Positions 45,647-54,790 are shown, counted from the first letter of the stretch. The stretch is DNA of 64,000 nucleotides from Eubacteriales bacterium (GCA_045660125.1 JAZRDG010000062.1:18273-82272); one strand, 5' to 3'. The notes: generated by a model not told the origin, from the sequence alone. A program made the numbers and translations.

Positions 45647-48166
45647 TTACATCTTGAATTCGTACTTGCCGGGCGCCAGGTCAATGACGATTCTGTTGAG
45701 TTTGTCATTGTAGGGAGCCTGGTGGAACTCGGAGAACTTGTGGCTTACGCCGTCCAGCGTGAAGCTGTCATTCTTGGTAATGATGGGCAGGTAGAGTCTG
45801 GTAGGAACGGGAACCTCGCAGTAGTAGGTAAATCCGTTCTCGGTAGACCAGTTAGATACGATAGTGCCGTGATAAGACTCGTACGAGGTGTTGAGGTAGG
45901 TGATATTTTCCTGACCCTCGGGCAGCTCGTCAGCAGTTCTTGTATCGGGCTTGGGCTGCAGGATCGCACGCTCAAAGCCGGGCGCTGCAGGATCATATTC
46001 AATACCGGCGGCATGTCTGTACATCCATTCCTGAATAGCACCGTAAGCATAGTGGTTGAAGGAGTTCATTTCAACGTTACCAAAGCCGGTAGCCAGCGTA
46101 TAAGAATTCCATCTTTCCCAAATGGTGGTTGCACCCTGATCTACGGAGTACAGCCAAGAGGGATTGTCACGCTGCAGAAGCAGGGAATACGCCAAATCGT
46201 TCTCACCGATCTCTGCAAGCGTCTGCGCCAGGATACCCGTGCCAACAAAGCCGGTAGACAGCTTATGACCGTTATCAATGATCTTCTTACGCAGAGCAGC
46301 GATGGCAGCAGGGCGGTTCTTTTCCTGAATCAGCTGGAACTTCAGACCCATGAGGTAAGAGGTCTGGGTCTGGTGCTGCGGCAGCAGATCGCCGTTTTCG
46401 TCACAGTAGAACTTGTTGTAGTGCGCCTTATACATCTCGAAGATTCTCTCGTAATGCTTAGCGTCCTTTTCCTTTCCCAGCACTCTTGCTATCTGGATCA
46501 TCAGGCGTGCGTCAAATGCGGCGTAGCAGACCGAAACCATCCAGTGGTCGGTAGGCTCGTATGCAAGCCAGTCGCCGTATGCAGCGTGCTTATGGGGCAT
46601 ATTCACGTCACGCGCTTCAAACATATCCATGCATCTCTTCATGGAGTCGTAGTGGTCACGCAGCAGCTCTACGTCATTGTACATCTTCCACATCACGTAG
46701 GGAACGATAATGCCTGCATCACCCCAAGCAGCACCGCCACAACCTACGACACGCGCAGCGGGGATAACGTCAGGATATCCGCCCCAGCTTGCCTGGCTGT
46801 CTCTTGCGTCCTGCAGCCACTTGTGGAAGAACATGCGAACGTCAGCGTTGTATGCTGCGGTGTTGCAGAAAATCTGCGTGTCACCCGTCCAGCCAAGTCT
46901 TTCGTCACGCTGAGGGCAGTCGGTGGGAACGTAGAGGTAGTTACCGCGCTGACCCCAAATGATATTGGAAATCAGCTGGTTGACAAGAGCATTGGAGGAT
47001 TCCATCTTACCGGTTTCATGAGTCACAGAACCAATAACTTTTGCACAGAAATTCAGAATTTCAATGTCGTTGTCTGCAACGATCTCGATATAACGGAAAC
47101 CGAAGAAGGAGAAGGTGGGCTGATAGAACTCGCCCTCGGGAGCGCCACTCAACAGGTAATATGCCTTTGCGCTTGCGCTTCTGTAGTTAATGGTATAAAC
47201 AGAACCCTTAGGGCCGTCATTACCGCGAGCTTCAGAGCCGCTGTCGTTAAGGAATTCGGATGCACGGATCTGTACTGCGGTAGCTGCTGCGCCTTTAACG
47301 GTAAATACAGGCCAGCCAACCATGTTCTGACCCAAGTCGTAAGTCAGGGTCTGACCCTTTTTCAAAACAACAGCGTCCTGGTTTTCTGCGGCATATACGA
47401 CGTTGATCTCACCAAGCTCGGTGCCGTTATCAATCGTGCCTTCGTGTACGGTCAGCGACAAAGGCTTTCTGGTCAGCTCGGGGCGAACCATAACGGTGGG
47501 ACCGATGAAGGGAGTAATCTCGATGTCGTGCTCGGAGGTGGTGGGCTGCTTCCAATCGGAAGTGTCATAGCCTGCCTGGCTCATTTCTGCATAAGAAGGA
47601 TACTTGGCGTTATAAAGCTCGCCATCCCAAATATCTGCAGCGCGGACTCTGCCGCCCCAGGTAGCCTGCCAGTCTGTATCAGTATAAATGGAAGTGCCGT
47701 TGATGGTGATCTTTGCCAAGAACGCCTCGTCATCTTCAAACGATCCGAAAGCGATACGTCCGTTTCTCCAGCCGGGAGCAACTGCTGCCAGAATGACGTT
47801 CTCGCCATCTACCAAGTAAGGGGAGAGATCATAAGTGAAAAAGAGCGCTCTCTTTCTAAACTCGTTATATCCTGGCTTGAGCTCGTCAAATACCTCGTTG
47901 CCGTTCTCATCGATTCTGCCAACGCGCTTGCCGTTGCAGTAGATATCGAAAATACCAAGCGAGGTTGCGCTGATCTCAGCAGCGTCGCCTGCGTTTGCCT
48001 GGAAGCTCTTGCGGAACAGGGGGAGGCCGTGTCTGCTTTGAATAGGCTTTGCCTGTGCGGAGAGATCAAGCTTTTCCCAAGGGTTGGAGATCTCGGTCAA
48101 TTCATTTACGCCGGGATAGCGGAAGGAAATCCATTTTGCCATGCCGGAACTCATTAAATCTTTCAT
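45647..48166 (-). CDS. alpha-L-rhamnosidase, GH78 (cytoplasmic)
   Basis: The 839-aa protein has the GH78 block VPTDCPQRDERLGWTGD and the downstream (alpha/alpha)6 region. There is no signal peptide. GGAGG lies 5 nt upstream. Confidence 0.9.
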   Translation of the reverse strand: MKDLMSSGMAKWISFRYPGVNELTEISNPWEKLDLSAQAKPIQSRHGLPLFRKSFQANAGDAAEISATSLGIFDIYCNGKRVGRIDENGNEVFDELKPGYNEFRKRALFFTYDLSPYLVDGENVILAAVAPGWRNGRIAFGSFEDDEAFLAKITINGTSIYTDTDWQATWGGRVRAADIWDGELYNAKYPSYAEMSQAGYDTSDWKQPTTSEHDIEITPFIGPTVMVRPELTRKPLSLTVHEGTIDNGTELGEINVVYAAENQDAVVLKKGQTLTYDLGQNMVGWPVFTVKGAAATAVQIRASEFLNDSGSEARGNDGPKGSVYTINYRSASAKAYYLLSGAPEGEFYQPTFSFFGFRYIEIVADNDIEILNFCAKVIGSVTHETGKMESSNALVNQLISNIIWGQRGNYLYVPTDCPQRDERLGWTGDTQIFCNTAAYNADVRMFFHKWLQDARDSQASWGGYPDVIPAARVVGCGGAAWGDAGIIVPYVMWKMYNDVELLRDHYDSMKRCMDMFEARDVNMPHKHAAYGDWLAYEPTDHWMVSVCYAAFDARLMIQIARVLGKEKDAKHYERIFEMYKAHYNKFYCDENGDLLPQHQTQTSYLMGLKFQLIQEKNRPAAIAALRKKIIDNGHKLSTGFVGTGILAQTLAEIGENDLAYSLLLQRDNPSWLYSVDQGATTIWERWNSYTLATGFGNVEMNSFNHYAYGAIQEWMYRHAAGIEYDPAAPGFERAILQPKPDTRTADELPEGQENITYLNTSYESYHGTIVSNWSTENGFTYYCEVPVPTRLYLPIITKNDSFTLDGVSHKFSEFHQAPYNDKLNRIVIDLAPGKYEFKM

Positions 48167-48198
48167 ACTTACCTCCGTATGATGTGGTTGTTAACAAA

Positions 48199-48227
48199 AG
48201 TATACCATATATATAGTGTAATTGCAA
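48199..48227 (-). promoter_or_regulatory. Promoter of GH78-1
   Basis: The minus strand reads TTGCAA-17 nt-TATACT. Confidence 0.5.
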
Positions 48228-48250
48228 GGGTTTTATAAAATTTATCCAAT

Positions 48251-48284
48251 AAAAAACAGACCGAAAACGATTTTTCGGTCTGTT
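48251..48284 (-). terminator. Intrinsic terminator after the LRR gene
   Basis: On the minus strand, AACAGACCGAAAA-loop-TTTTCGGTCTGTT is followed by TTTTTT. Confidence 0.75.
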
Positions 48285-48304
48285 ATGTTTACTCAGTGTT
48301 TTCT

Positions 48305-48967
48305 TTAGCCTGCTAAAGCCTCGCAGCCCATAAACGCCTGCTCGTCTACCATTGCATTGCCTACGTTGATGCTGCGCAAGTTGCGGCAGTAGGAGAATGC
48401 GTAGTAACCGATGGACTTGGTCAGGGACGACAGGGAAACGTCGGTCAGGGAGATGCACGCGCCAAACATGTTGTTGGGAAGCGTGTCAAGAGATTCCGGC
48501 AGAACGACGGAGGTCAGGGATCTGCAGCCTTCAAATGCGGAATGTCCAACTTCTCTTGTGCCGTTGGGCAAGGTCAAGGTTTGCAGCGAAGCGCAGAATG
48601 CAAATGCCTTTTCGCCGATGGTGCGGATTGCGTCACCGAGATAAAGCGAAGTCATGTTGTCACAACCGATAAAGCAACGCTCGCCAATGGTGTGTGCACC
48701 GTTGTTAGCAAAGGTAACCGTGTTGAGTGCGTGGCACCAAGCAAAAGCATAATCGGATACAACCTTGATCGAAGAGGGGACGTATACGGAAACGATCTCG
48801 TGATTCTGCGCAAAAGCCATGTCTGCGATTTGGACGACGGCTCTGCCCATGTGTTCAGTAGGGATCACGATATTACGGTCAGTACAGGTGCCGATGCCTG
48901 AAAGGGCACACTCGTTATCGTTGATTGCAGTAAACGCAAGTCCTGCGGATGCTTTGAATTCTTGCAT
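48305..48967 (-). CDS. Leucine-rich-repeat protein (BspA-type LRR_5 repeats), no export signal
   Basis: It has about seven ~24-aa repeats of the form I..IG..AF..C..L..V.LP. It has its own promoter and terminator, and no N-terminal hydrophobic segment. Confidence 0.8.
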   Translation of the reverse strand: MQEFKASAGLAFTAINDNECALSGIGTCTDRNIVIPTEHMGRAVVQIADMAFAQNHEIVSVYVPSSIKVVSDYAFAWCHALNTVTFANNGAHTIGERCFIGCDNMTSLYLGDAIRTIGEKAFAFCASLQTLTLPNGTREVGHSAFEGCRSLTSVVLPESLDTLPNNMFGACISLTDVSLSSLTKSIGYYAFSYCRNLRSINVGNAMVDEQAFMGCEALAG

Positions 48968-49024
48968 GGCGAAACCTCACTTTCCTTAAAAAATAATCCG
49001 TGGTGGATTTGTTATCGTGCACTT

Positions 49025-49053
49025 ATTTTATATGAGAAATGCAAATTTGTCAA
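49025..49053 (-). promoter_or_regulatory. Promoter of the LRR gene
   Basis: The minus strand reads TTGACA-17 nt-TAAAAT. Confidence 0.5.
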
Positions 49054-49133
49054 TAGAATTTGCGAAATTCGTATTCAGGAATATGCAAATTCATTTCAAA
49101 GTGCCAAATGGCGATAATTGCAAGAATACGAGA

Positions 49134-49182
49134 AATATTGCGTATTTTACGCATAGAATTCTTGAATTATTGCAATATTGCG
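49134..49182. repeat. Phased direct repeat AATATTGCG (two copies, 40 nt apart), the first overlapping a palindrome
   Basis: The copies lie at 49134-49142 and 49174-49182. The palindrome TGCGTA-TTT-TACGCA lies at 49139-49153. Both sit in the ORF-free spacer. Confidence 0.8.
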
Positions 49183-49454
49183 GTTATATTAGTGTATAAT
49201 CAAAGTGCGGCGACAGAACGCGCCTCCACGACACATTTGTCGTGTATAAAAGCACCAAAACGGCGCCTTGTGCACTAGGAAATCGGCGCGTATTTTCTGC
49301 AGTATAGCATGCTTAACCGTTTTCGATGTGTCAATAACCTTTATACTATAAGGGATTACATGTTATCGGTGCATGCTGCAGGATTATGATGAAGCATTGT
49401 TCGGGGCGGAGTGCTAACGACAAAAAGCTGATATTGTCGTAGCGAATACGCTTT

Positions 49455-49507
49455 TTGCAGGTTGTCAATATGCACAAATACCGTTGAAGCAATTATTGCA
49501 GTTGTCA
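49455..49507. repeat. Phased direct repeat TTGCAG(G)TTGTCA (two copies, ~41 nt apart)
   Basis: The copies lie at 49455-49467 and 49496-49507, 90-140 nt upstream of the GH78-2 promoter. Confidence 0.8.
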
Positions 49508-49596
49508 CAAGACCAAAATATCGCGAACAGATTTTGTATACCTTTCACTAAGATTGTATGCAAAATAGAAAATCCGTACTTTTTTAACTATATAAA

Positions 49597-49625
49597 TTGA
49601 CTATGCGTAAGTTATCTGCTATAAT
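49597..49625 (+). promoter_or_regulatory. Proximal promoter of GH78-2
   Basis: The sequence reads TTGACT-17 nt-TATAAT, 35 nt before ATG 49661. Confidence 0.6.
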
Positions 49626-49660
49626 AATCTTAAAGTAACGATTCCAATTGGAGGTTCAAT

Positions 49661-52252
49661 ATGTTGCAATTACATGATTTGAGAATTGATCATAATCCCG
49701 CTCCCAACGTTGCGTTAACGCACGGCTTGCGTTTTTCCTGGAAGATGCTTTCCGATCACGAAAACGTGATTCAAAAAACATTCCGTGTGACCGTTTGCAA
49801 GGACGGAGAAATCGTATTTGATTCCAACACAATAGAGTCCGAGCAATCCTGTGATATCTCGTTTGACGAGCTGTTTTTGCAGCCCGCAACCGAATACGTC
49901 TGGAATCTTTGCGTCAAGGATAACTATGACCAAAGTGCCGTTGCAGCTCTCAAATTTTCCACCGAGCTTTATGCGGACATGTGGGATGCACAGTGGATCA
50001 CTCCTGTGGATCTGACCGTAAGCTGGGCGCCTTATCTGCGAAAGAAGTTTGAAGCAAAGTCCGGCGTTCGCCGCGCCGTGCTGTACGCATGCGGACTTGG
50101 CTGCGCTGAGTATTACATCAACGGTCAAAAGATCGCAGATGATTTTATTGATCCTCCCATGACCAATTATGAAAAAGAGGTTCTGTACCGCGCCTATGAC
50201 GTTACCGATCGCATCGGGGAAAACAACGCATTGGTTGCATTGCTTGGCGAAGGATTTTACTCGCAGAGCCAGGTATGGATTCACGGAGGCTTTTACTACG
50301 GTCCCGTCTGCTTGATTGCACGCCTTGAAATCGAATACGATGACGGAACGCGTCAGGCTATCGTGACGGATAATACGTGGCAAAGCAAGAAGAGCCCGAT
50401 TATGCTCAACAACATTTACGGCGGAGAAACCTATGATGCAAGACTTGAAACGCCCGATTTCGCACTTGCAGACGGCAGCGATCTCGGTTGGTTGAACTGC
50501 ATTGAAGATCAAACGCCCAAGGGCGTACTGAAGCCGTGTAATATGCCTGCGGTCAAAATGATCAGACGTATTCCTGCACGCAGCGTAACACCTTGCTGCG
50601 GCAAAGATGACGGTGCGTGGATCTATGACTTGGGCGAGAACTTTGCAGGTGTTGCCGAATTCCATATTCCGCGCTCCTCAAGAGGTCACATTTACGTATT
50701 CCGTTTTGCAGAAACGCTCAACGCTGCAGGTCAGCTTGATTTCCGCTCCACAGGAACGTTTGCAACGCAATGCATCCAACAGGATATTTACATTGCACGC
50801 GGCGACGTCGAGGGAGAAGTATGGCGTCCCAGATTTACCTATCACGGCTTCCGTTACGTTGAGGTGACGGGAACTGATTATTGCTATCAGTACGGAAAGG
50901 TGCCCGAGATTGATCTGGTGGTCGGATGTGCGCTTTCTACCGATCTTGAGCAGAACGGCACGTTTGATTCTTCGTCTGACGACTTAAATTCACTGCATGA
51001 GATCATTTGCCGTACATTCCGCTCGAACTATCACGGATTGCCCGAGGACTGTCCTGCACGTGAAAAATGCGGCTGGCTGGGCGATGCGCAGATCGTATGC
51101 AATACGGGTATTATGAACTATAACATGGTCACCTCGTATGAAAAGTATTTGAGCGACATTCGTACGCAAAAGGAAGTATACGGCACTTGGACCATGATCG
51201 CTCCCGGTAAGCGCGGATGCGGCGAGGCTTCACCCTTGTGGGGCTGTGCGCAGATCATCATTCCGTATTGGCTGTATCAGTATTGCAACGACTCTACCGC
51301 CGTGACCCGTAACTGGGATCTGATGCAGGCATGGGTTGAGCATGAGCTGGCAAGAGCAGAGGACTATATCATATCCGTGGGTCTTGGTGACTGGTGTCCG
51401 CCCGGTGGCGAGGGCAGCCCGCGCAGGATTCCTGTCGCGCATTCTTCGACGCTGATGTTCTATGAGATCTGTATCAAGATGGCAGAGCTGAGTAATCAAT
51501 TCGGCTATGGCAATGCAAAATACTACACAGATCTTGCAGATCGCATTTGCGAATCCTTTATCCGTCATTTCTATGACCAAGACAAGCACACCTACGGCAC
51601 GTGGGCATCGGATGCAGTTGCGCTGACGCTCGGCGTTTATCCCGAGTACGACAGGGAAGCGTTGGTCGCATCACTGCGCAATAGCATTGTGGCAGATGAC
51701 TATGCAATGAGCACGGGTATTTACGGCAACAAGTACCTCATTCCGCTTTTGTTTGAGGAAGGAATGGGCGATGCTGCAATGGAGATCCTGTTCAATCGCA
51801 GACATACAAGCTTTGGTACCATGATGGATGACGGTGCTACATCCGTATGGGAATCTCTTGATATGCATCACGTGGAAACCGATCGCACAAAAGGCGTAGC
51901 TTCCTATAATCACCCCATGCACGCAGGATTTGCGTATATCTACTATGCTTTTCTCGGCGGCATTCGTCCCGCAGAGCCCGGATTCAAAACCTTTGTCATT
52001 CAGCCGTATCACGTAACCGGTGTGGATCATGTCGCAGTCACTTATGAATGCCAGTACGGCACGATCAAGGTGTGCGCCGATAAGACCGATAAAGGTTATG
52101 CATATCAGGTAGAAGTACCTGCCAATACGCATGCAATTCTTTCCTTTAACGAAGCTGTAGAGATCACTTCCGATCTTGGCTTGAAGGAGACCTGTCCCGA
52201 AGATGAAACCTTGTGCGTAGGCTCGGGCATTTACCGTGCGGTAAGCATTTGA
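49661..52252 (+). CDS. alpha-L-rhamnosidase, GH78 (second, cytoplasmic)
   Basis: The 863-aa protein has the GH78 block LPEDCPAREKCGWLGDA and an N-terminal GH78-type beta domain. There is no signal peptide. GGAGG lies 7 nt upstream. Confidence 0.9.
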   Translation: MLQLHDLRIDHNPAPNVALTHGLRFSWKMLSDHENVIQKTFRVTVCKDGEIVFDSNTIESEQSCDISFDELFLQPATEYVWNLCVKDNYDQSAVAALKFSTELYADMWDAQWITPVDLTVSWAPYLRKKFEAKSGVRRAVLYACGLGCAEYYINGQKIADDFIDPPMTNYEKEVLYRAYDVTDRIGENNALVALLGEGFYSQSQVWIHGGFYYGPVCLIARLEIEYDDGTRQAIVTDNTWQSKKSPIMLNNIYGGETYDARLETPDFALADGSDLGWLNCIEDQTPKGVLKPCNMPAVKMIRRIPARSVTPCCGKDDGAWIYDLGENFAGVAEFHIPRSSRGHIYVFRFAETLNAAGQLDFRSTGTFATQCIQQDIYIARGDVEGEVWRPRFTYHGFRYVEVTGTDYCYQYGKVPEIDLVVGCALSTDLEQNGTFDSSSDDLNSLHEIICRTFRSNYHGLPEDCPAREKCGWLGDAQIVCNTGIMNYNMVTSYEKYLSDIRTQKEVYGTWTMIAPGKRGCGEASPLWGCAQIIIPYWLYQYCNDSTAVTRNWDLMQAWVEHELARAEDYIISVGLGDWCPPGGEGSPRRIPVAHSSTLMFYEICIKMAELSNQFGYGNAKYYTDLADRICESFIRHFYDQDKHTYGTWASDAVALTLGVYPEYDREALVASLRNSIVADDYAMSTGIYGNKYLIPLLFEEGMGDAAMEILFNRRHTSFGTMMDDGATSVWESLDMHHVETDRTKGVASYNHPMHAGFAYIYYAFLGGIRPAEPGFKTFVIQPYHVTGVDHVAVTYECQYGTIKVCADKTDKGYAYQVEVPANTHAILSFNEAVEITSDLGLKETCPEDETLCVGSGIYRAVSI

Positions 52253-52290
52253 TTTCAATAAAACCATGAATAAAGAAAGGAGAATCTGCT

Positions 52291-53403
52291 ATGGCAAACA
52301 TCATTGATTATTTGAAGTGGCGTGGAGATATCACGTTTGAACAAGTCAAGCTGGGTGAGGTTGATAATTTGCTTCTTTCCTTACTTGCTTTTATAGATTT
52401 CACCGGCATAGTATCATCTGATCCGTCAGCGCCTTCTGTGACACTTAAGCAAGCCGCTATGCAGTTTTTCTTTGAAAACGACATCAAAAAGAACAAGCGT
52501 CCCGGCTTGGTCATCTCACCCCAGATTTACAAGATGTTCCGCATGATGGCGGAAAGCAAACGCTTTGGCAATCTGCAGCTCTCAGCATTTGTCAACGAGA
52601 TTGATTTGGAGGAAGAAAAGCAGTTCTGCGCTTTGACAATCAGGCTCAAAGACTCGATTTCTTATATCAGCATCCGCGGCACGGACGACACCATTGTCGG
52701 CTGGAAAGAGGACTTCAATTTGCTGTTTCTTGACGAGATCCCGTCACAAAGGCGTGCTGTAGAGTACGTCAATGCAATTTGCGCTGTACAGGACGGCAAA
52801 TTCTATATTGGCGGACATTCAAAGGGCGGACATCTGGCACTGTATGCAACCGTGAAATGCGCACCGGAGCACAAAAACCGTATTGTCGCAGCGTTCAGCA
52901 ATGACGGTCCGGGCTTTTCACAGTCCTTTACGGAATTGCCCGAATATCAAGAGGCAGAACCCAAATTCCATATCTACATGCCCCAAAATTCTGTGATTGG
53001 TATGTTCTTTGAGAACAAGGAAAAGCGCAGAGTTGTAAAAAGCAAGCAGGTTGGCGTGTTCCAGCATGACGCAGTAACCTGGGAGGTTATGGGCGGAAAC
53101 CTTGTAAGGGCAAAGAAACTGTCAAAGGGCGTTGGCAATATCGCGCTTCTAAACGATCGCGTGCATGCGCTTCCCATAGCCGCACGCAAGCACTTTGTAG
53201 ACGTGTTGTTCGGCATGCTTGAATCAACCGGAGTCAAAACGCTTTCCGAGCTGAATGCACGAAGTCTGAAGCACGTGATCACCATGATCAGAACATTTCA
53301 TGATTTGGATAAGCGAGAAAAAGATCTTATGCTGCTTTTGATTGCAGAGCTGTTGGATCTGCGCTTATTGGACGATACGCCGATTGATACAACCAAGGCA
53401 TAA
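52291..53403 (+). CDS. DUF2974 (Mbeg1-like) alpha/beta-hydrolase-fold protein
   Basis: Its N-terminus (IIDYLKWRGDITF) and nucleophile-elbow-like GGHSKGGHLA fit the DUF2974 pattern I recall. AAAGGAG lies upstream. The start is 38 nt after the GH78 stop, with no terminator between them. Confidence 0.72.
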   Translation: MANIIDYLKWRGDITFEQVKLGEVDNLLLSLLAFIDFTGIVSSDPSAPSVTLKQAAMQFFFENDIKKNKRPGLVISPQIYKMFRMMAESKRFGNLQLSAFVNEIDLEEEKQFCALTIRLKDSISYISIRGTDDTIVGWKEDFNLLFLDEIPSQRRAVEYVNAICAVQDGKFYIGGHSKGGHLALYATVKCAPEHKNRIVAAFSNDGPGFSQSFTELPEYQEAEPKFHIYMPQNSVIGMFFENKEKRRVVKSKQVGVFQHDAVTWEVMGGNLVRAKKLSKGVGNIALLNDRVHALPIAARKHFVDVLFGMLESTGVKTLSELNARSLKHVITMIRTFHDLDKREKDLMLLLIAELLDLRLLDDTPIDTTKA

Positions 53404-53404
53404 A

Positions 53405-53453
53405 AATAAAGCACTTATGATAGCGGAGTAACCGTTATCGTAAGTGCTTTATT
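53405..53453. terminator. Bidirectional terminator between the DUF2974 gene and the ABC ATPase gene
   Basis: It is a long hairpin, AATAAAGCACTTA...TAAGTGCTTTATT, with additional inner pairs. Confidence 0.7.
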
Positions 53454-53460
53454 CGTTTTA

Positions 53461-54030
53461 TCAGGGCAGGTAAACGATCTTGTCGGCAAAAGCAGATGCC
53501 TCTTGTGCATCGTGCGTAACCAGCAGTACGGTTTTGCCACGCAGCAATGATTTTGCTGCCGCGATCACGTCTGCCTTGGTATTGGTGTCCAAAGCAGAGA
53601 AGGGTTCGTCTAAAAGCAAAATATCCGCATCGTACGCAATTGCTCTGGCTAGGCTGACACGCTTTGCCATGCCTCCGGAAAGCTCCTCGGGATACTTGCT
53701 TGCGGCATCTGCAACGCCAAACGCTTCAAGAAGCTGAGCAGCCTGCGTCTGCTTGGTCGCCTTATCCTTGATGACAAGCATTACGTTCTGCAACGCATTC
53801 AACTGCCCGAACAAGCGGGGCTCCTGAAACATGATGCCAACCGTTTGATTTTCAAGATCGATACTGCCGCTTTGGGGCTTGATCAGCCCTGCGATCAGTC
53901 GAAGCAGCGTTGTTTTTCCGCTGCCTGACGGTGCCATGAGCGCGGTGATGCGCCCGTTCTCAATCTCAAGATTGAAATCTTTAAATATCCGTTTATCGTC
54001 AAAGGAAAAGGTCAGATGCTCAATTTTCAT
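53461..54030 (-). CDS. ABC transporter ATP-binding protein (NitT/TauT family)
   Basis: It has Walker A (PSGSGKTT), the signature LSGGMAKR, Walker B (ILLLDEP) and the H-loop (THD). I moved the start to ATG 54030. It overlaps the permease stop. Confidence 0.88.
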   Translation of the reverse strand: MKIEHLTFSFDDKRIFKDFNLEIENGRITALMAPSGSGKTTLLRLIAGLIKPQSGSIDLENQTVGIMFQEPRLFGQLNALQNVMLVIKDKATKQTQAAQLLEAFGVADAASKYPEELSGGMAKRVSLARAIAYDADILLLDEPFSALDTNTKADVIAAAKSLLRGKTVLLVTHDAQEASAFADKIVYLP

Positions 54031-54784
54031 AAGCCACAGCCTCCTTTCTGGTCTTTCGCTTGATGCGCTTGAGAGACAGCTTAAACGCAATGTCCAAAAG
54101 ATAGCTGAAAATGACGATCGCTACAGTCCAGGCAAATAATTCTACGTATTCCATGTTTTGCTTTGCGTTGAATATATATTTGCCAACCGAAACCTCGGGG
54201 CAGATCAGCACCTCGGCGGCAATGCCTGCTTTGATAGCAAGGCCGACCGATGCGCCTGCGGCAGAAACCATAAAGGGACGCAACGTAGGCAACCAGATGC
54301 ACTTGACTCTGTCGAAAAAGCGCAGCTTGTAAGCGTTTGCCGTTTCAAGCAGCTCAGGGCGTGCTGCGCGCAGACCTTCAATCGTGTTGGAAAACACAAC
54401 GGGAAATACGATCAGCGCAGCGATCAGCCCGGGGATCAGATCGCGATGCATCAGTACGAAAGCAATCAGGATAAATGAGGTTACGGGCGTGGTCTTGATG
54501 ACCGAGATCGCAGGCATAAAAAAGTCATATAAAAACTTGACTTTATGGCACACTAAGGCGAGCGCAAATGCTGCTACGTATGAGAATACAATGCCGATCA
54601 GCACGCGAACCGAGGAGATCAGCATGACTTTCCAGAACAGCGAGGTTGCGCTCATCTGCCCAAGCTTGACCAAAACGTCAATGGGTGAGGGCAAGATCAG
54701 CGGCAATCCTACGATGATGGCGGCTAACCACCAAAGACCTAACCAGAATAATACAATGAGTGTGTATTTGAGAATCTTCTTCAT
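54020..54784 (-). CDS. ABC transporter permease (NitT/TauT family, BPD_transp_1)
   Basis: It is a six-TM permease with the EAA-type loop region (TIEGLRAARPELLETANAY). Confidence 0.88.
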   Translation of the reverse strand: MKKILKYTLIVLFWLGLWWLAAIIVGLPLILPSPIDVLVKLGQMSATSLFWKVMLISSVRVLIGIVFSYVAAFALALVCHKVKFLYDFFMPAISVIKTTPVTSFILIAFVLMHRDLIPGLIAALIVFPVVFSNTIEGLRAARPELLETANAYKLRFFDRVKCIWLPTLRPFMVSAAGASVGLAIKAGIAAEVLICPEVSVGKYIFNAKQNMEYVELFAWTVAIVIFSYLLDIAFKLSLKRIKRKTRKEAVAYEN

Positions 54785-54790
54785 GGATGA

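Noticed and set aside
45722-48157. An 811-aa plus-strand ORF lies opposite GH78-1.
   Set aside because: It is an in-phase antisense shadow (both coordinates are 2 mod 3). The GH78 motifs are on the minus strand.
49017-49278. Two plus-strand ORFs (60 aa and 72 aa) lie in the long spacer.
   Set aside because: Neither has a Shine-Dalgarno sequence. Their composition is AT-rich and low-complexity, they overlap the LRR promoter and repeats, and their codon usage is unlike that of either gene class in the window.
49368-49460. tmRNA-like words (GGTGCATGC, GGGGCGG, GCTAACGAC, TACGCTTT) occur 3.6 kb from smpB. An upstream GCGCCTCCACGA resembles a tmRNA 3' end, which raises the idea of a permuted ssrA.
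   Set aside because: There is no tRNA-like domain: no GGTTCGA-type T-arm, no acceptor pairing and no CCA context. The would-be tag frame reads ANDKKLILS-stop rather than ending in a conserved ALAA-type tail. These are word-level coincidences only. A cmscan with the tmRNA models would settle it.
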